DNA of 64,000 nt from an uncultured Chloroflexia bacterium (GTDB lineage Bacteria > Chloroflexota > Limnocylindria > Limnocylindrales > CSP1-4), in contig CAVRGP010000011.1 in assembly GCA_963720755.1 (NCBI GenBank), positions 512,001 through 576,000 of the forward strand. Reading direction: 5' to 3'. Made by a program: the position numbers and the translations under genes. This document shows, one piece after another, positions 50,371 to 59,717 of this stretch (position 1 is the stretch's first letter; each line of letters starts with the position of its first letter). The notes under the pieces are model-generated. The model had not been told where the DNA came from, did no database searches, and saw only the letters and a list, made by a program, of their open reading frames with translations.

Positions 50371-51396
50371 ATGCCCCTCTTCGGCTCCATCCTCGAGACG
50401 GTCCGCCTGACGACGGTCGTCGACATTGGGATCACCGCGCTCCTGATCTACTGGCTGTTCATCCTCATCCGTGGGACGCGAGCGGTCCGCCTGGTGATCG
50501 GCGTCAGTGTCCTGGCTTTGGTCTACGGCCTGGCCGTTGCGTTCGACCTTCGGCTGTTGACCCGGATCCTCGAGACCGGGGCGGTGGTCGGGCTGTTCGC
50601 GCTGGTCGTGATCTTCCAACCCGAACTTCGACGGGCGCTGGAGCGCATCGGGAGTGTCGGGTCGTTCAGCTGGCTCCTGTCGCCGGCCGAGTCGCGAGCC
50701 GTCGAACACGTTGCCACGGAAGTCGCTCACGCTGCGGCTGAGATGTCCGCGGATGGACACGGCGCGCTCATCGTCCTCCAGCGGGAGACCGGACTCGAGG
50801 AGGTCGCCGAGACGGGGGTGATGATCCACGGCGATGTCTCCGCCGATCTGTTGCGGACCATCTTCATGCCCAAGTCCGCCTTGCACGATGGAGCGGTGAT
50901 CATCAACGACGAGCGAGTGGTGGCGGCCGGCGCGCTGCTGCCGTTGGCGGAGATGTCGATCCACACCGAGCGGTTCGGGACGCGTCATCGTGCCGCCCTC
51001 GGGATCACCGAGCAGACCGACGCGGTGGTCGTGGTGGTCTCCGAGGAGAATGGCCAGATCAGCCTGGTGGAGCGGGCTCGCATCGTCCGCAACCTGACCG
51101 AGGTCGGTCTCGCGCGGGCGATCAGGCTGCTCCTCGATCCGGGAGGCGGGCGGCGCACGCCATTCGCCTGGTGGTCGACCGGAGGGCGGTCGGGTGACGC
51201 CGGACGCGCGCCCCGATTGCGCGATCTCGGTCGCCTCGTCGGGCGACCGCCGACCGTGATACCGAAACCCGCCCCGCCGTCGGCAGCGCCGGCGCCACCG
51301 GGCCCACCACCTGCCGGCTCGTCGGCACCAGCCCCGTCGGTGGCGAGCCCGCCGGTCGAGGATCGCGGTCCGTCCGCGGCTTCCACCCGGCAGTGA
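50371..51396 (+). CDS. cdaA: Diadenylate cyclase CdaA
   Basis: Three TM helices, FQPELRRALE, catalytic LHDGA and GTRHRAA, VSEE. Confidence 0.93.
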   Translation: MPLFGSILETVRLTTVVDIGITALLIYWLFILIRGTRAVRLVIGVSVLALVYGLAVAFDLRLLTRILETGAVVGLFALVVIFQPELRRALERIGSVGSFSWLLSPAESRAVEHVATEVAHAAAEMSADGHGALIVLQRETGLEEVAETGVMIHGDVSADLLRTIFMPKSALHDGAVIINDERVVAAGALLPLAEMSIHTERFGTRHRAALGITEQTDAVVVVVSEENGQISLVERARIVRNLTEVGLARAIRLLLDPGGGRRTPFAWWSTGGRSGDAGRAPRLRDLGRLVGRPPTVIPKPAPPSAAPAPPGPPPAGSSAPAPSVASPPVEDRGPSAASTRQ

Positions 51397-52658
51397 GACG
51401 GATCCTCGGTCGGATCGTCCACAACTGGCCGCTCAAGCTGGCCGCCGTCGGCGTCGCCATGCTCCTGTACGGCGGGCTGGCGCTGTCGCAGAACACCCAG
51501 ACGTACCCGGGCGTCATCCCGGTCCGACAGATCAATGCGCCGCCCGATACCTATGTCCTGACGCCCTCGCCGCCGGTGACCCTGATCCGCTACTTCGCGT
51601 CGAACGGGGTGTCGGTCGCGGCGAGCTCGTTCCTCGCCACCATCGACCTCGAGAGTTACGCCGATACGGTCGGTGTCGTGAGCGTCCCGATCGTGGTGAG
51701 CAGCCCGGATCCGAGGATACGGATCCTCGGCTTCGAACCGAGTTACGCCGTCATCGAACTCGATCATCTCGTGTCGAAGGGCGACATCCCGGTGCGTGTC
51801 GACCATGGCGCCGTCCCGGATGGCTTGACCCTGGGGGAGGTCACGGTGGAGCCGTCGACCGTGACGGTCTCGGGGGCGGCGTCGATCGTCTCCAAGGTGG
51901 ACTCGGTCAGGGCCGATGTCGCCATCGGGTCGACCGGGATCAATGTCGACGAGGATGTCACCCTCGTCCCGGTCGACAAGCTCGGCAACGCGCTGCGGCC
52001 GCTCGACGTCACGCCGCCGACGGCCCGGGTCCAGATCCCGGTGTTCTCCGATCGGCAGAGTCGCGCATTGCCGGTCAACCCGGTCATCTCCGGACAGCCG
52101 GCGGCTGGGTTCGAGATCGCCTCGGTGACCCCGACGCCGCAGGTCGTCCTCGTCGCCGGTGACGCCAACCAGCTGGCCGATCTGAAAAGCGTCGATACGG
52201 ATCCGATCTCGATGGCCGGGGTGTCCGGGAGCGAGACGGTCACGGTCGGCCTCGCCCTGCCTGACGGGATCGTGGCCGTCGATGGCGAGACGATCACGGT
52301 CACCATCGCGATCCGACCGGTCACCGCGACCCGGACCTTCGAGTCGGGACTCCGGCTCGTGGGCGCAAGCAGCGATCTCACCTACACGCTGTCGATCGAT
52401 CGGGTGCTCGTGACGATCGGCGGATCGACCGCCGACCTTGATCGACTGTCGGGTGCGAGCCTGGTGATGGATCTCGACGTCACCGGACTCGATCCGGGGG
52501 TCTACGATCTCACACCGACCGCGACCCTCCCAGCGGGTACCGCCGTCGTGGCGGTCAGCCCAGCGACCGTTCAGGTCACGATCGCCGGGCCCGTGGCGAG
52601 TCCGAGTCCGGGCAGCTCCACCTTCCCGTCGGCATCCCCGGCAGCGTCTGGAGGCTGA
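51393..52658 (+). CDS. cdaR: CdaR (YbbR-domain) regulator
   Basis: N-terminal NW.LKL TM anchor, about four beta-rich YbbR repeats (VEPSTVTVSG, TPQVVLVAG); lies between cdaA and glmM. Confidence 0.85.
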   Translation: MRRILGRIVHNWPLKLAAVGVAMLLYGGLALSQNTQTYPGVIPVRQINAPPDTYVLTPSPPVTLIRYFASNGVSVAASSFLATIDLESYADTVGVVSVPIVVSSPDPRIRILGFEPSYAVIELDHLVSKGDIPVRVDHGAVPDGLTLGEVTVEPSTVTVSGAASIVSKVDSVRADVAIGSTGINVDEDVTLVPVDKLGNALRPLDVTPPTARVQIPVFSDRQSRALPVNPVISGQPAAGFEIASVTPTPQVVLVAGDANQLADLKSVDTDPISMAGVSGSETVTVGLALPDGIVAVDGETITVTIAIRPVTATRTFESGLRLVGASSDLTYTLSIDRVLVTIGGSTADLDRLSGASLVMDLDVTGLDPGVYDLTPTATLPAGTAVVAVSPATVQVTIAGPVASPSPGSSTFPSASPAASGG

Positions 52659-52665
52659 TCCGAGG

Positions 52666-54000
52666 ATGGCTCGCCTATTCGGCACCGATGGGATCCGTGG
52701 GGTCGCGAATGTCGATCTCAAGCCGACGGTGGCCTATGCTCTCGGCCGGGCCGTGGCCCACCGGCTGGTCGGGCCAGGCGGCGCGATCGTGGTGGGTCAG
52801 GACACCCGCCGATCCGGGGACATGTTCGTGGCCGCCATCGTGGCCGGCGCCACGAGCCTCGGCGCCGATGTCCATGTCGTCGGCGTGGTCCCGACGCCGG
52901 CCCTCGCCTTCATCACGAGCCAGGGGCCATTCGCGGCCGGGATCATGGTCTCGGCTTCGCACAACCCCGCCGCCGACAACGGACTCAAGGTGCTCGACCA
53001 GGACGGACTCAAGCTCGACGACGCGATCGAGAACGAGCTCGAGGCGCTCATCTGGCGGACGGAGGAACTCGCCGGCCGCTCGAACGACGAGCTCGGCCAG
53101 GTCGTCGAGGCGAGCGCCCGGATCGATGACTACCGAGCGCATCGGATCGGCCTCGCGCGCGAGATCGATGCCAGCGGGTTGCGGCTCGTCCTCGACGCGG
53201 CCAACGGATCCGGATCGGCGGTCGGCCCGGAAGTCCTGGCGGCGACCGGCGCGACCGTCGAGGTCATCCATGCGGCCCCGGACGGCATGAATATCAACGT
53301 CCGGTCTGGTGCCACGGCCCCCGCCTCGCTCGCAGAGGCCGTCCTCGCCTCGGGTGCGGATGCCGGGTTCGCGCTCGATGGCGATGCCGATCGCCTGATC
53401 TCGGTCGATGCGGCGGGGCAGGTCGTGGACGGCGATCAGGTCCTGGGGATCCTGGCGCTGGATCGCCTCGAGCGCGGCGTCCTTCCCGGTGGCGGCCTGG
53501 TCGTGTCCGTCCTCTCGAACGGTGGGTTGCAGGCGGTCGTGGAGGCGGCCGGTGGCGAAGTCGTTCGAACGCCCGTCGGCGACAAGTACATCCTCGAGGG
53601 GATGCAGGTCTCCGGGGCGGTCCTCGGCGGCGAGAAGAGCGGTCATGTCATCGTCCTGGAACACACCACCTCGGGCGACGGTATCGTGACGGCGCTCGAG
53701 GTCCTCCGGGTGATGGCCCGACGTCGAGCGAGCCTGGCCGAGCTCGCGGCCGCGATCCCGCTCCTGCCCCAGCAACAGCGGGCGGTCAGGGCGCGTCACA
53801 AGGACCAATGGGAAGGCGACCCGGTCGTGCAGCGGGCCATCGCGGATGCCACCAGCCGGCTGGGCGAGCACGGGCGCGTCCTGGTCCGGCCATCCGGGAC
53901 GGAACCGGTCCTGCGGGTCATGGTCGAGGGGCCGGATGCCGCACTCGTCGAGTCGCTGGCCGACGCGCTCGCGGCCCTCGCCGGGGAGCGACTAGACTAG
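52666..54000 (+). CDS. glmM: Phosphoglucosamine mutase
   Basis: FGTDGIRG, SASHNP, DGDADR, GGEKSGH, RPSGTEP. Confidence 0.95.
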   Translation: MARLFGTDGIRGVANVDLKPTVAYALGRAVAHRLVGPGGAIVVGQDTRRSGDMFVAAIVAGATSLGADVHVVGVVPTPALAFITSQGPFAAGIMVSASHNPAADNGLKVLDQDGLKLDDAIENELEALIWRTEELAGRSNDELGQVVEASARIDDYRAHRIGLAREIDASGLRLVLDAANGSGSAVGPEVLAATGATVEVIHAAPDGMNINVRSGATAPASLAEAVLASGADAGFALDGDADRLISVDAAGQVVDGDQVLGILALDRLERGVLPGGGLVVSVLSNGGLQAVVEAAGGEVVRTPVGDKYILEGMQVSGAVLGGEKSGHVIVLEHTTSGDGIVTALEVLRVMARRRASLAELAAAIPLLPQQQRAVRARHKDQWEGDPVVQRAIADATSRLGEHGRVLVRPSGTEPVLRVMVEGPDAALVESLADALAALAGERLD

Positions 54001-54075
54001 CCGCGGTGCCCATCGATCGGAGTCACCACTGTCGCGCGGCGTTGGATCGCCGGCACGCACGGAGGACCTGACGGC

Positions 54076-55908
54076 ATGTGCGGCATCGTCGGATACACAG
54101 GCCCGCGAGAGGCGGGACCGATCCTGATCGAGGGCCTGCGCCGACTCGAGTACCGTGGCTACGATTCGGCCGGGATCGCCCTGGTCGACGATGCGGGCGA
54201 CCTGTTCGTCGAGAAGCGAGCTGGCAAACTGGTCAACCTCCAGACCGCGATCGCCGACCGTACCCCGCACGCTGCCATCGGTCTGGCCCATACCCGCTGG
54301 GCGACCCACGGGCGTCCCAACGACTTGAACGCCCACCCCCATCGCGACTGCACCGGTCGGATCACGGTCATCCACAACGGGATCATCGAGAACTTCCGGG
54401 AGTTGCGCGACGGGCTGGAGGCGCGCGGCCACGTTCTCACGTCCGAGACCGATACCGAGGCGATCGCCCACCTCGTGGAGGAAGCCTACGACGGTGATCT
54501 GGCCGACGCCGTCCGGTTCACCCTGCGGCAGCTCGAGGGGGCCTATGCCATCGCGGTCATGCATATCGGTGAGGGAGACCGGCTGGTCGGGGCGCGCAAG
54601 GATGTGCCACTCGTCGTCGGGCTCGGCGATGGGGAGACCTTTCTCGCCTCGGACGTCGCCGCCATCCTGGCCCACACGGATCAGATCATCTTCCTCGAGG
54701 ACGGCGATGTCGCCGACCTGCGGCCGTGGGGTGCGACGATCACTGACGTCGCCGGGGTGCCGAGGGAGCGCTCGGCGACGACGATCGACTGGACGCCCGA
54801 GGCGGCCGAGAAGGGCGGCTTCGACCACTTCATGCTCAAGGAGATCCATGAGCAGCCGGCCTCACTGGGTCAGTCGATCATGGGCCGGGTCGATCATGCG
54901 GATCGGATCAATATCGAAGAGCTGGCCGGTCTCGAGGCGGTCCTGGCCGGTGTGACCAGGGTCGAGCTGATCGCCTGTGGCAGTGCCTACTATGCGGCGA
55001 TGATCGGCGCGGCGGCGCTCCAGGATTGGACCGGGATCCCCGTCCGCGCCGCGATCGGATCGGAGTTCCGGTACGCGCCGCCGCCGCTCGATGCGCACAC
55101 CCTGGTCATCGCCGTCACCCAGTCGGGCGAGACCGCAGATACGATCGCCCCGACCCGACTGGCCCGTGAACGCGGCTGCCCGATCATCGCCGTGACCAAT
55201 ACGGTCGGGTCCGCCATCACCCGGGAGGCCGACGCGGTCCTGTACCTGCAGGCCGGTCCGGAGGTCGCGGTCGCCGCGTCGAAGACGTTCGTGACCCAGG
55301 TGACGACGCTGGTGGTCCTGGCCGCCGCGATCGCCAAGATCCGCGGAGCGCTTGGTGACGCGGACGAGCTGGCCCTCGGCGCGGCCCTCCGAGCCCTGCC
55401 CGGCAAGGCGGGCATGGCCCTTGAGACGGCGACCGCCGTGTCCCCTGAGTTCGCTCGCCGGTACGTCAATTCGCGAGGGTTCATGTTCGTGGGCCGGGGC
55501 ACGACCTACCCGGTCGCGCTCGAGGGAGCGTTGAAGCTCAAGGAAGTGAGCTACGTTCATGCCGAGGGCTATGCGGCGGGCGAACTCAAGCATGGCCCCA
55601 TCTCGCTCCTGGACGCCGAGTGTCCCCTCGTCGCCATCGCGACGCGCTCGCCCGTGTATGACAAGGTCATCAGCAACGTGATGGAGGGGCGGGCGAGGGA
55701 CGCCCGGGTGATCGCCGTCGCGACCGAGGGAGATACCAACATCGGTCGGATCGCCGATGACGTGTATTGGGTACCCGAGACCCACGATGCGCTCACTCCG
55801 GTCCTGGCGATCATCCCGTTGCAGTTGTTCGCGTATCACATCGCGGTCGCCCGCGGGACCGATGTGGACCAGCCACGAAACCTGGCGAAGTCGGTCACGG
55901 TCGAGTAG
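54076..55908 (+). CDS. glmS: Glutamine--fructose-6-phosphate aminotransferase
   Basis: MCGIVG, HTRWATHG, QSGETAD, ELKHGP, PRNLAKSVTVE. Confidence 0.97.
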   Translation: MCGIVGYTGPREAGPILIEGLRRLEYRGYDSAGIALVDDAGDLFVEKRAGKLVNLQTAIADRTPHAAIGLAHTRWATHGRPNDLNAHPHRDCTGRITVIHNGIIENFRELRDGLEARGHVLTSETDTEAIAHLVEEAYDGDLADAVRFTLRQLEGAYAIAVMHIGEGDRLVGARKDVPLVVGLGDGETFLASDVAAILAHTDQIIFLEDGDVADLRPWGATITDVAGVPRERSATTIDWTPEAAEKGGFDHFMLKEIHEQPASLGQSIMGRVDHADRINIEELAGLEAVLAGVTRVELIACGSAYYAAMIGAAALQDWTGIPVRAAIGSEFRYAPPPLDAHTLVIAVTQSGETADTIAPTRLARERGCPIIAVTNTVGSAITREADAVLYLQAGPEVAVAASKTFVTQVTTLVVLAAAIAKIRGALGDADELALGAALRALPGKAGMALETATAVSPEFARRYVNSRGFMFVGRGTTYPVALEGALKLKEVSYVHAEGYAAGELKHGPISLLDAECPLVAIATRSPVYDKVISNVMEGRARDARVIAVATEGDTNIGRIADDVYWVPETHDALTPVLAIIPLQLFAYHIAVARGTDVDQPRNLAKSVTVE

Positions 55909-55918
55909 CCGCCGGACC

Positions 55919-56518
55919 ATGACAGACGGCCCTGATCCCGGCACGGTCGCCCTGCCGCCCGGTCTCGTCCCGCCCGGAACGACCGAGCTCGGTATCGACA
56001 TCATCAAGGTGGACCGGATCGCCGGGTCGCTCGAGCGGTTCGGCGAACGCTTCACGAAGCGCGTGCTGACGGACGCGGAGCGGCGCTACGTGCGGGGTCG
56101 GCCCGAGACGATGGCCGGTCGCTGGGCCGCCAAGGAAGCGGTCTCCAAGGTCCTTGGCCTGGGTGTGCGCGGGATCGGCTGGCGCGACATCGAGATCGAG
56201 CGCCTGCCGACCGGCCAGCCGAGCGTGCGCCTGCACGGCCGGGCCGCCGTTCGAGCGGAGCAGTTGGGGATGGGCCGGGTCGCTGTTTCGATCTCACACG
56301 AGTCGGAATACGCCGTGGCCGTCGCGTTCGGGGTGCGGACCGCTGGCGGGCGGTACGTCTTTCCACTGGACATCGACGACCGGCTCGACGATCGCGAGCG
56401 ACAGATCCTCGCCCGGATCGAGCGCCTTCGAGCGATGGCGGTCGCCGGCGGCGTCGAGGGGCTGGCCGCCGACGCGCCGGGCTCGCAACGACCCGCCGAG
56501 GATGAGGTCGATGGCTGA
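55919..56518 (+). CDS. acpS: Holo-ACP synthase with N- and C-terminal extensions
   Basis: GIDII, AGRWAAKEAVSK, SISHE. Confidence 0.9.
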   Translation: MTDGPDPGTVALPPGLVPPGTTELGIDIIKVDRIAGSLERFGERFTKRVLTDAERRYVRGRPETMAGRWAAKEAVSKVLGLGVRGIGWRDIEIERLPTGQPSVRLHGRAAVRAEQLGMGRVAVSISHESEYAVAVAFGVRTAGGRYVFPLDIDDRLDDRERQILARIERLRAMAVAGGVEGLAADAPGSQRPAEDEVDG

Positions 56519-57584
56519 TCGCAGCCCGGTCGGCTTCGGGCGCCGTGAGGTGGCCGCGGATGATCCGACTCCCGCCGACGGCCCATTCCCGGACGGAGCC
56601 ACGGTGCTCGACGAGGCCATCGCATCTGGGCTCGTCCCGGAGCGCTCTGCCAGAGGACACAAGGGCTCCTTCGGCAAGTTGCTGGTCATCGCGGGATCGC
56701 TGGATTACGCGGGCGCGGCCCTGCTCGTCTGTCGCTCCGCTGCGCGGACCGGCGTCGGCCTGGTGACCCTGGCGGTCCCCGAGTCGCTCCAACCGCTCTT
56801 CGCGGCCAAGGTCGTCGAGGCCACGACCATGGCGCTGCCCGAGGATGACGTGGAGGAAGTCGACCCCGAGCCGGCCCTCGCTCGGATCCTTGATCACGAG
56901 CACGATGCGATCGTCGTCGGCCCTGGACTTCGGCCGGGCCTCGCGACGACCGAACTGGTCCGGTCTCTGCTGTCGGCGTCCGGTGACAACGATACGGTCC
57001 CGATCGTGCTGGACGCCGAGGCCCTCCGGGCGATGGCCACGATCGAAGGCTGGTGGACGGGCGAGCGGCGCCCCTCGATCCTGACGCCGCATGCTGGCGA
57101 GTTCGCTCGACTGCGGGCCGGGAGTGGCGACCGTCCGACCGACGACGGTGACGTGGCCCTCGACGACGAAGCCCGTCTCGCGGCGGCTCTCGACGCCGCA
57201 GCGCTGTGGGCTTCGATCGTGGTCCTCAAGGGGGCTCGCACCGTCATCGCGACCGCCGACGGTGAGGCCTCCATCGCGCCATTCGCGAACCCCGCCCTGG
57301 CGACCGGCGGGACTGGCGATGTGTTGTCCGGTGCGATCGGGGCCCTGCTGGCTCAGGGTCTTTCGCCCTATTCGGCCGCCCGCCTGGGGGTCTATCTGCA
57401 CGGGCTCGCGGGCGAGGCGGGCCGGGAGCGGTTCGGCGACGCCGGGATGATCGCCTCCGACCTTCCCGACGCGATCGCCCAGGCACGCAAACGGCTCGCG
57501 CTGGTGGCTGAACGGCGAGCGGCCAGCCAGCGCCTCGGGTTCGGCGCACGTTCCCCGGTGGCCCGATCCGAGGGTCCGCCGTGA
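56511..57584 (+). CDS. nnrD: ADP-dependent NAD(P)HX dehydratase (YjeF C-terminal domain only)
   Basis: HKGSFG, YAGAA, GPGL, LDAEAL, LTPHAGEF, LATGGTGDVLSG. Confidence 0.9.
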   Translation: MADRSPVGFGRREVAADDPTPADGPFPDGATVLDEAIASGLVPERSARGHKGSFGKLLVIAGSLDYAGAALLVCRSAARTGVGLVTLAVPESLQPLFAAKVVEATTMALPEDDVEEVDPEPALARILDHEHDAIVVGPGLRPGLATTELVRSLLSASGDNDTVPIVLDAEALRAMATIEGWWTGERRPSILTPHAGEFARLRAGSGDRPTDDGDVALDDEARLAAALDAAALWASIVVLKGARTVIATADGEASIAPFANPALATGGTGDVLSGAIGALLAQGLSPYSAARLGVYLHGLAGEAGRERFGDAGMIASDLPDAIAQARKRLALVAERRAASQRLGFGARSPVARSEGPP

Positions 57585-57600
57585 GCGCGCTCCGGACCCG

Positions 57601-58851
57601 GTGACCGGGATCCTGCCGCCGCGTCGACCCATCGAGCGACGACTGGCCGACGCTGGGCTGCCTGCGCTGCCCCGCACCGCCTGGCTCGAGATCGACCTGG
57701 TCGCCCTGTCCGATAACCTGGCGCTCATTCGTGAGGTGGCGGGAGCCGACGTACCGGTCTGGCCAGTCGTCAAGGCGGATGCCTACGGCCATGGCGCGGT
57801 CCCCGTGGCGCTCGCTCTCGAATCGGTCGGCGCCGATGGCTTCTGCGTGGCCACGATGGATGAGGCCCTGGAACTCCGGGCCGGCGGCGTTCGCGGGCCG
57901 ATCGTGGTCCTCTACCCGGTGCCCCCGAGCTGGGCTGGTGAGGCGGCCCGATCGTCGATCGCCGTCGCGGCCGGGGACCTGGGGGCGTTGGCCGATCTGG
58001 TTCGAGCGGCCGCGAGCGCCGGGCAGGAGGGCCTGCTCCGGATCCATCTGGAGGTGGAAACCGGACTTGGGCGAGGCGGGCTTGATGGAGCGGACGTCGT
58101 CGCCGCAGCTCGTCTCGTTGCCGGATCGCCGAAGGTCGTCCCGGCCGGGTTGTGGACCCACCTGCAGGCCGTCGAGGATGCGGCCACGACGGCCTCTCAG
58201 GTTGCCCGCTTCGACGCCGCGGTGGCGGCCGTCGCAGCCGCCGGTATCGACCTTCCGCCGCGTCACGTGGCAGCCAGTGCCGCGATCATGTCGGCCGGGG
58301 TCGTGGCCTACGATGCGATCCGACCCGGGCTGGCCATCTACGGACTGGTGCCCGACGAACTGGACGGGTCGGCGATCGATCCGAGGATCCACGGCCGGCT
58401 GCGGCCGGTGATGTCCCTGATCGCTCGCCCGGTCCGCGTCGCCGACCTGCCGGCCGGCCATGGCATCAGCTATGGCCCGACCTTCCGGACGTCGCGCCCA
58501 AGCCGGATCGCCACCTTGCCCCTCGGCTATGGGGACGGCTGGTCGAGGCAGCTCTCGAATCGGGCAAGTGCGATCGTCCGGGGCGTGCGCGTGCCCCTGG
58601 TCGGCAACGTGGCGATGGATGCGGTGATGGCCGATGTGACCGACGTTCCCGGGGCGCCGGTCGAGCCCACCGACGAGTTCGTGTTGTTCGGCGGATCCGG
58701 TGGTGAGCGGATCACGGTCGCAGCGCTGGCGCAGGCGCGCACCACCAATCCGTGGGAGGTGGTGACGGCGATGTCCCGCCGCCTCCCTCGGGTGTACCAT
58801 GCCGCCTCGGGGCCGGTCGGTCTGCGGACGTTGACCGGGAGGAGAGGCTAG
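57601..58851 (+). CDS. alr: Alanine racemase
   Basis: VVKADAYGHG PLP lysine, ETGLGR, RPGLAIYG, GISYG, GYGDG. Confidence 0.93.
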   Translation: MTGILPPRRPIERRLADAGLPALPRTAWLEIDLVALSDNLALIREVAGADVPVWPVVKADAYGHGAVPVALALESVGADGFCVATMDEALELRAGGVRGPIVVLYPVPPSWAGEAARSSIAVAAGDLGALADLVRAAASAGQEGLLRIHLEVETGLGRGGLDGADVVAAARLVAGSPKVVPAGLWTHLQAVEDAATTASQVARFDAAVAAVAAAGIDLPPRHVAASAAIMSAGVVAYDAIRPGLAIYGLVPDELDGSAIDPRIHGRLRPVMSLIARPVRVADLPAGHGISYGPTFRTSRPSRIATLPLGYGDGWSRQLSNRASAIVRGVRVPLVGNVAMDAVMADVTDVPGAPVEPTDEFVLFGGSGGERITVAALAQARTTNPWEVVTAMSRRLPRVYHAASGPVGLRTLTGRRG

Positions 58852-58854
58852 GGC

Positions 58855-59382
58855 ATGGTACGGATCGAGCTGTGGAACGGTGACATCTGTGATCTGGAGG
58901 TCGACGCGATCGTGAACGCGGCGAACCCGTCGATGTGGATGTCAACCGGCGTTGGCGGGGCCTTGAAGCGGGCTGGTGGCGATACGATCGAGTTTGCCGC
59001 CGTCAGGCAGGCTCCCGTTCCCCTCGGAGGTGCGGTCGTCACCCCGGCCGGCACCCTCGCCTGCAAGGCGGTCATCCACGCCGTCTCGCTCGATCGCGAT
59101 CGCCGGACGAGCGGCCCGGTCATCGAGGCCGCGATCCGCAGCGCCATGGCCCGCGCCCGGGAGATCGGCTCGACGAGCATCGCGTTCCCGGCACTCGGGA
59201 CCGGTGTCGGTGGTTTCCCGCTGGACGAGGCTGCCCGGATCACGGTCGCGACCGTACGGTCCGAAGTGGAAGCCAGCCCAGCCATCGAACATGTCATCTT
59301 CGCCCTTCGTGGAGCGGCTGCCTACCACGCCTTCGGGGCGGCGCTCGAGCCGGTCACGGAAGGGGTCACGGGACCGTCGTGA
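58855..59382 (+). CDS. Macro domain protein (ADP-ribose binding/hydrolase family)
   Basis: GDI, VNAAN, GVGGAL, VIHAV, AFPALGTGVGGF. Confidence 0.9.
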   Translation: MVRIELWNGDICDLEVDAIVNAANPSMWMSTGVGGALKRAGGDTIEFAAVRQAPVPLGGAVVTPAGTLACKAVIHAVSLDRDRRTSGPVIEAAIRSAMARAREIGSTSIAFPALGTGVGGFPLDEAARITVATVRSEVEASPAIEHVIFALRGAAAYHAFGAALEPVTEGVTGPS

Positions 59383-59669
59383 GCTCGCCCTACGAAGCTG
59401 ATGAAGCGCAGCGCGACGAGCTCGTCGAACTCGTCGCCCGTGAGATCCAACTCCTGGGTCTGACTGGTCCGGCGGTCCATTTTCTCGAGGCCAGTCGGCC
59501 GTATCGAGAGCTCGGCGCCAACGCGATGCTCTTCTTCGACCCGGTCCTGCGCGGGGTCTTCGGCGGGGATCTGGCGTCGGCGAGCGAGCTTCTGGCCGAC
59601 GACATGGGGATCGAATTGCTCATCGCCCGCCTCGAGGGGGTCGATGACGAGATGATCTGGGACGCCTGA
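59379..59669 (+). CDS. Small helical hypothetical protein (96 aa)
   Basis: GTGA overlap with the macro stop; MSSPYEADEAQRDELVELVAREIQLLGLTGPAVHFLEASRPY...; GC3-rich codon usage. Confidence 0.75.
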   Translation: MSSPYEADEAQRDELVELVAREIQLLGLTGPAVHFLEASRPYRELGANAMLFFDPVLRGVFGGDLASASELLADDMGIELLIARLEGVDDEMIWDA

Positions 59670-59705
59670 CCGAGTCCCGCTGAGTCGCCGGCCGGCCCGG
59701 CCGGG

Positions 59706-59711
59706 TAGCAT
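59706..59711 (+). promoter_or_regulatory. -10 element (TAGCAT), probable leaderless promoter
   Basis: 6 nt upstream of GTG 59718; no SD. Confidence 0.45.
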
Positions 59712-59717
59712 GCACGG

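Noticed and set aside
54001-54075. Possible glmS ribozyme
   Set aside because: Only 75 nt, and the conserved ribozyme core sequence is not visible
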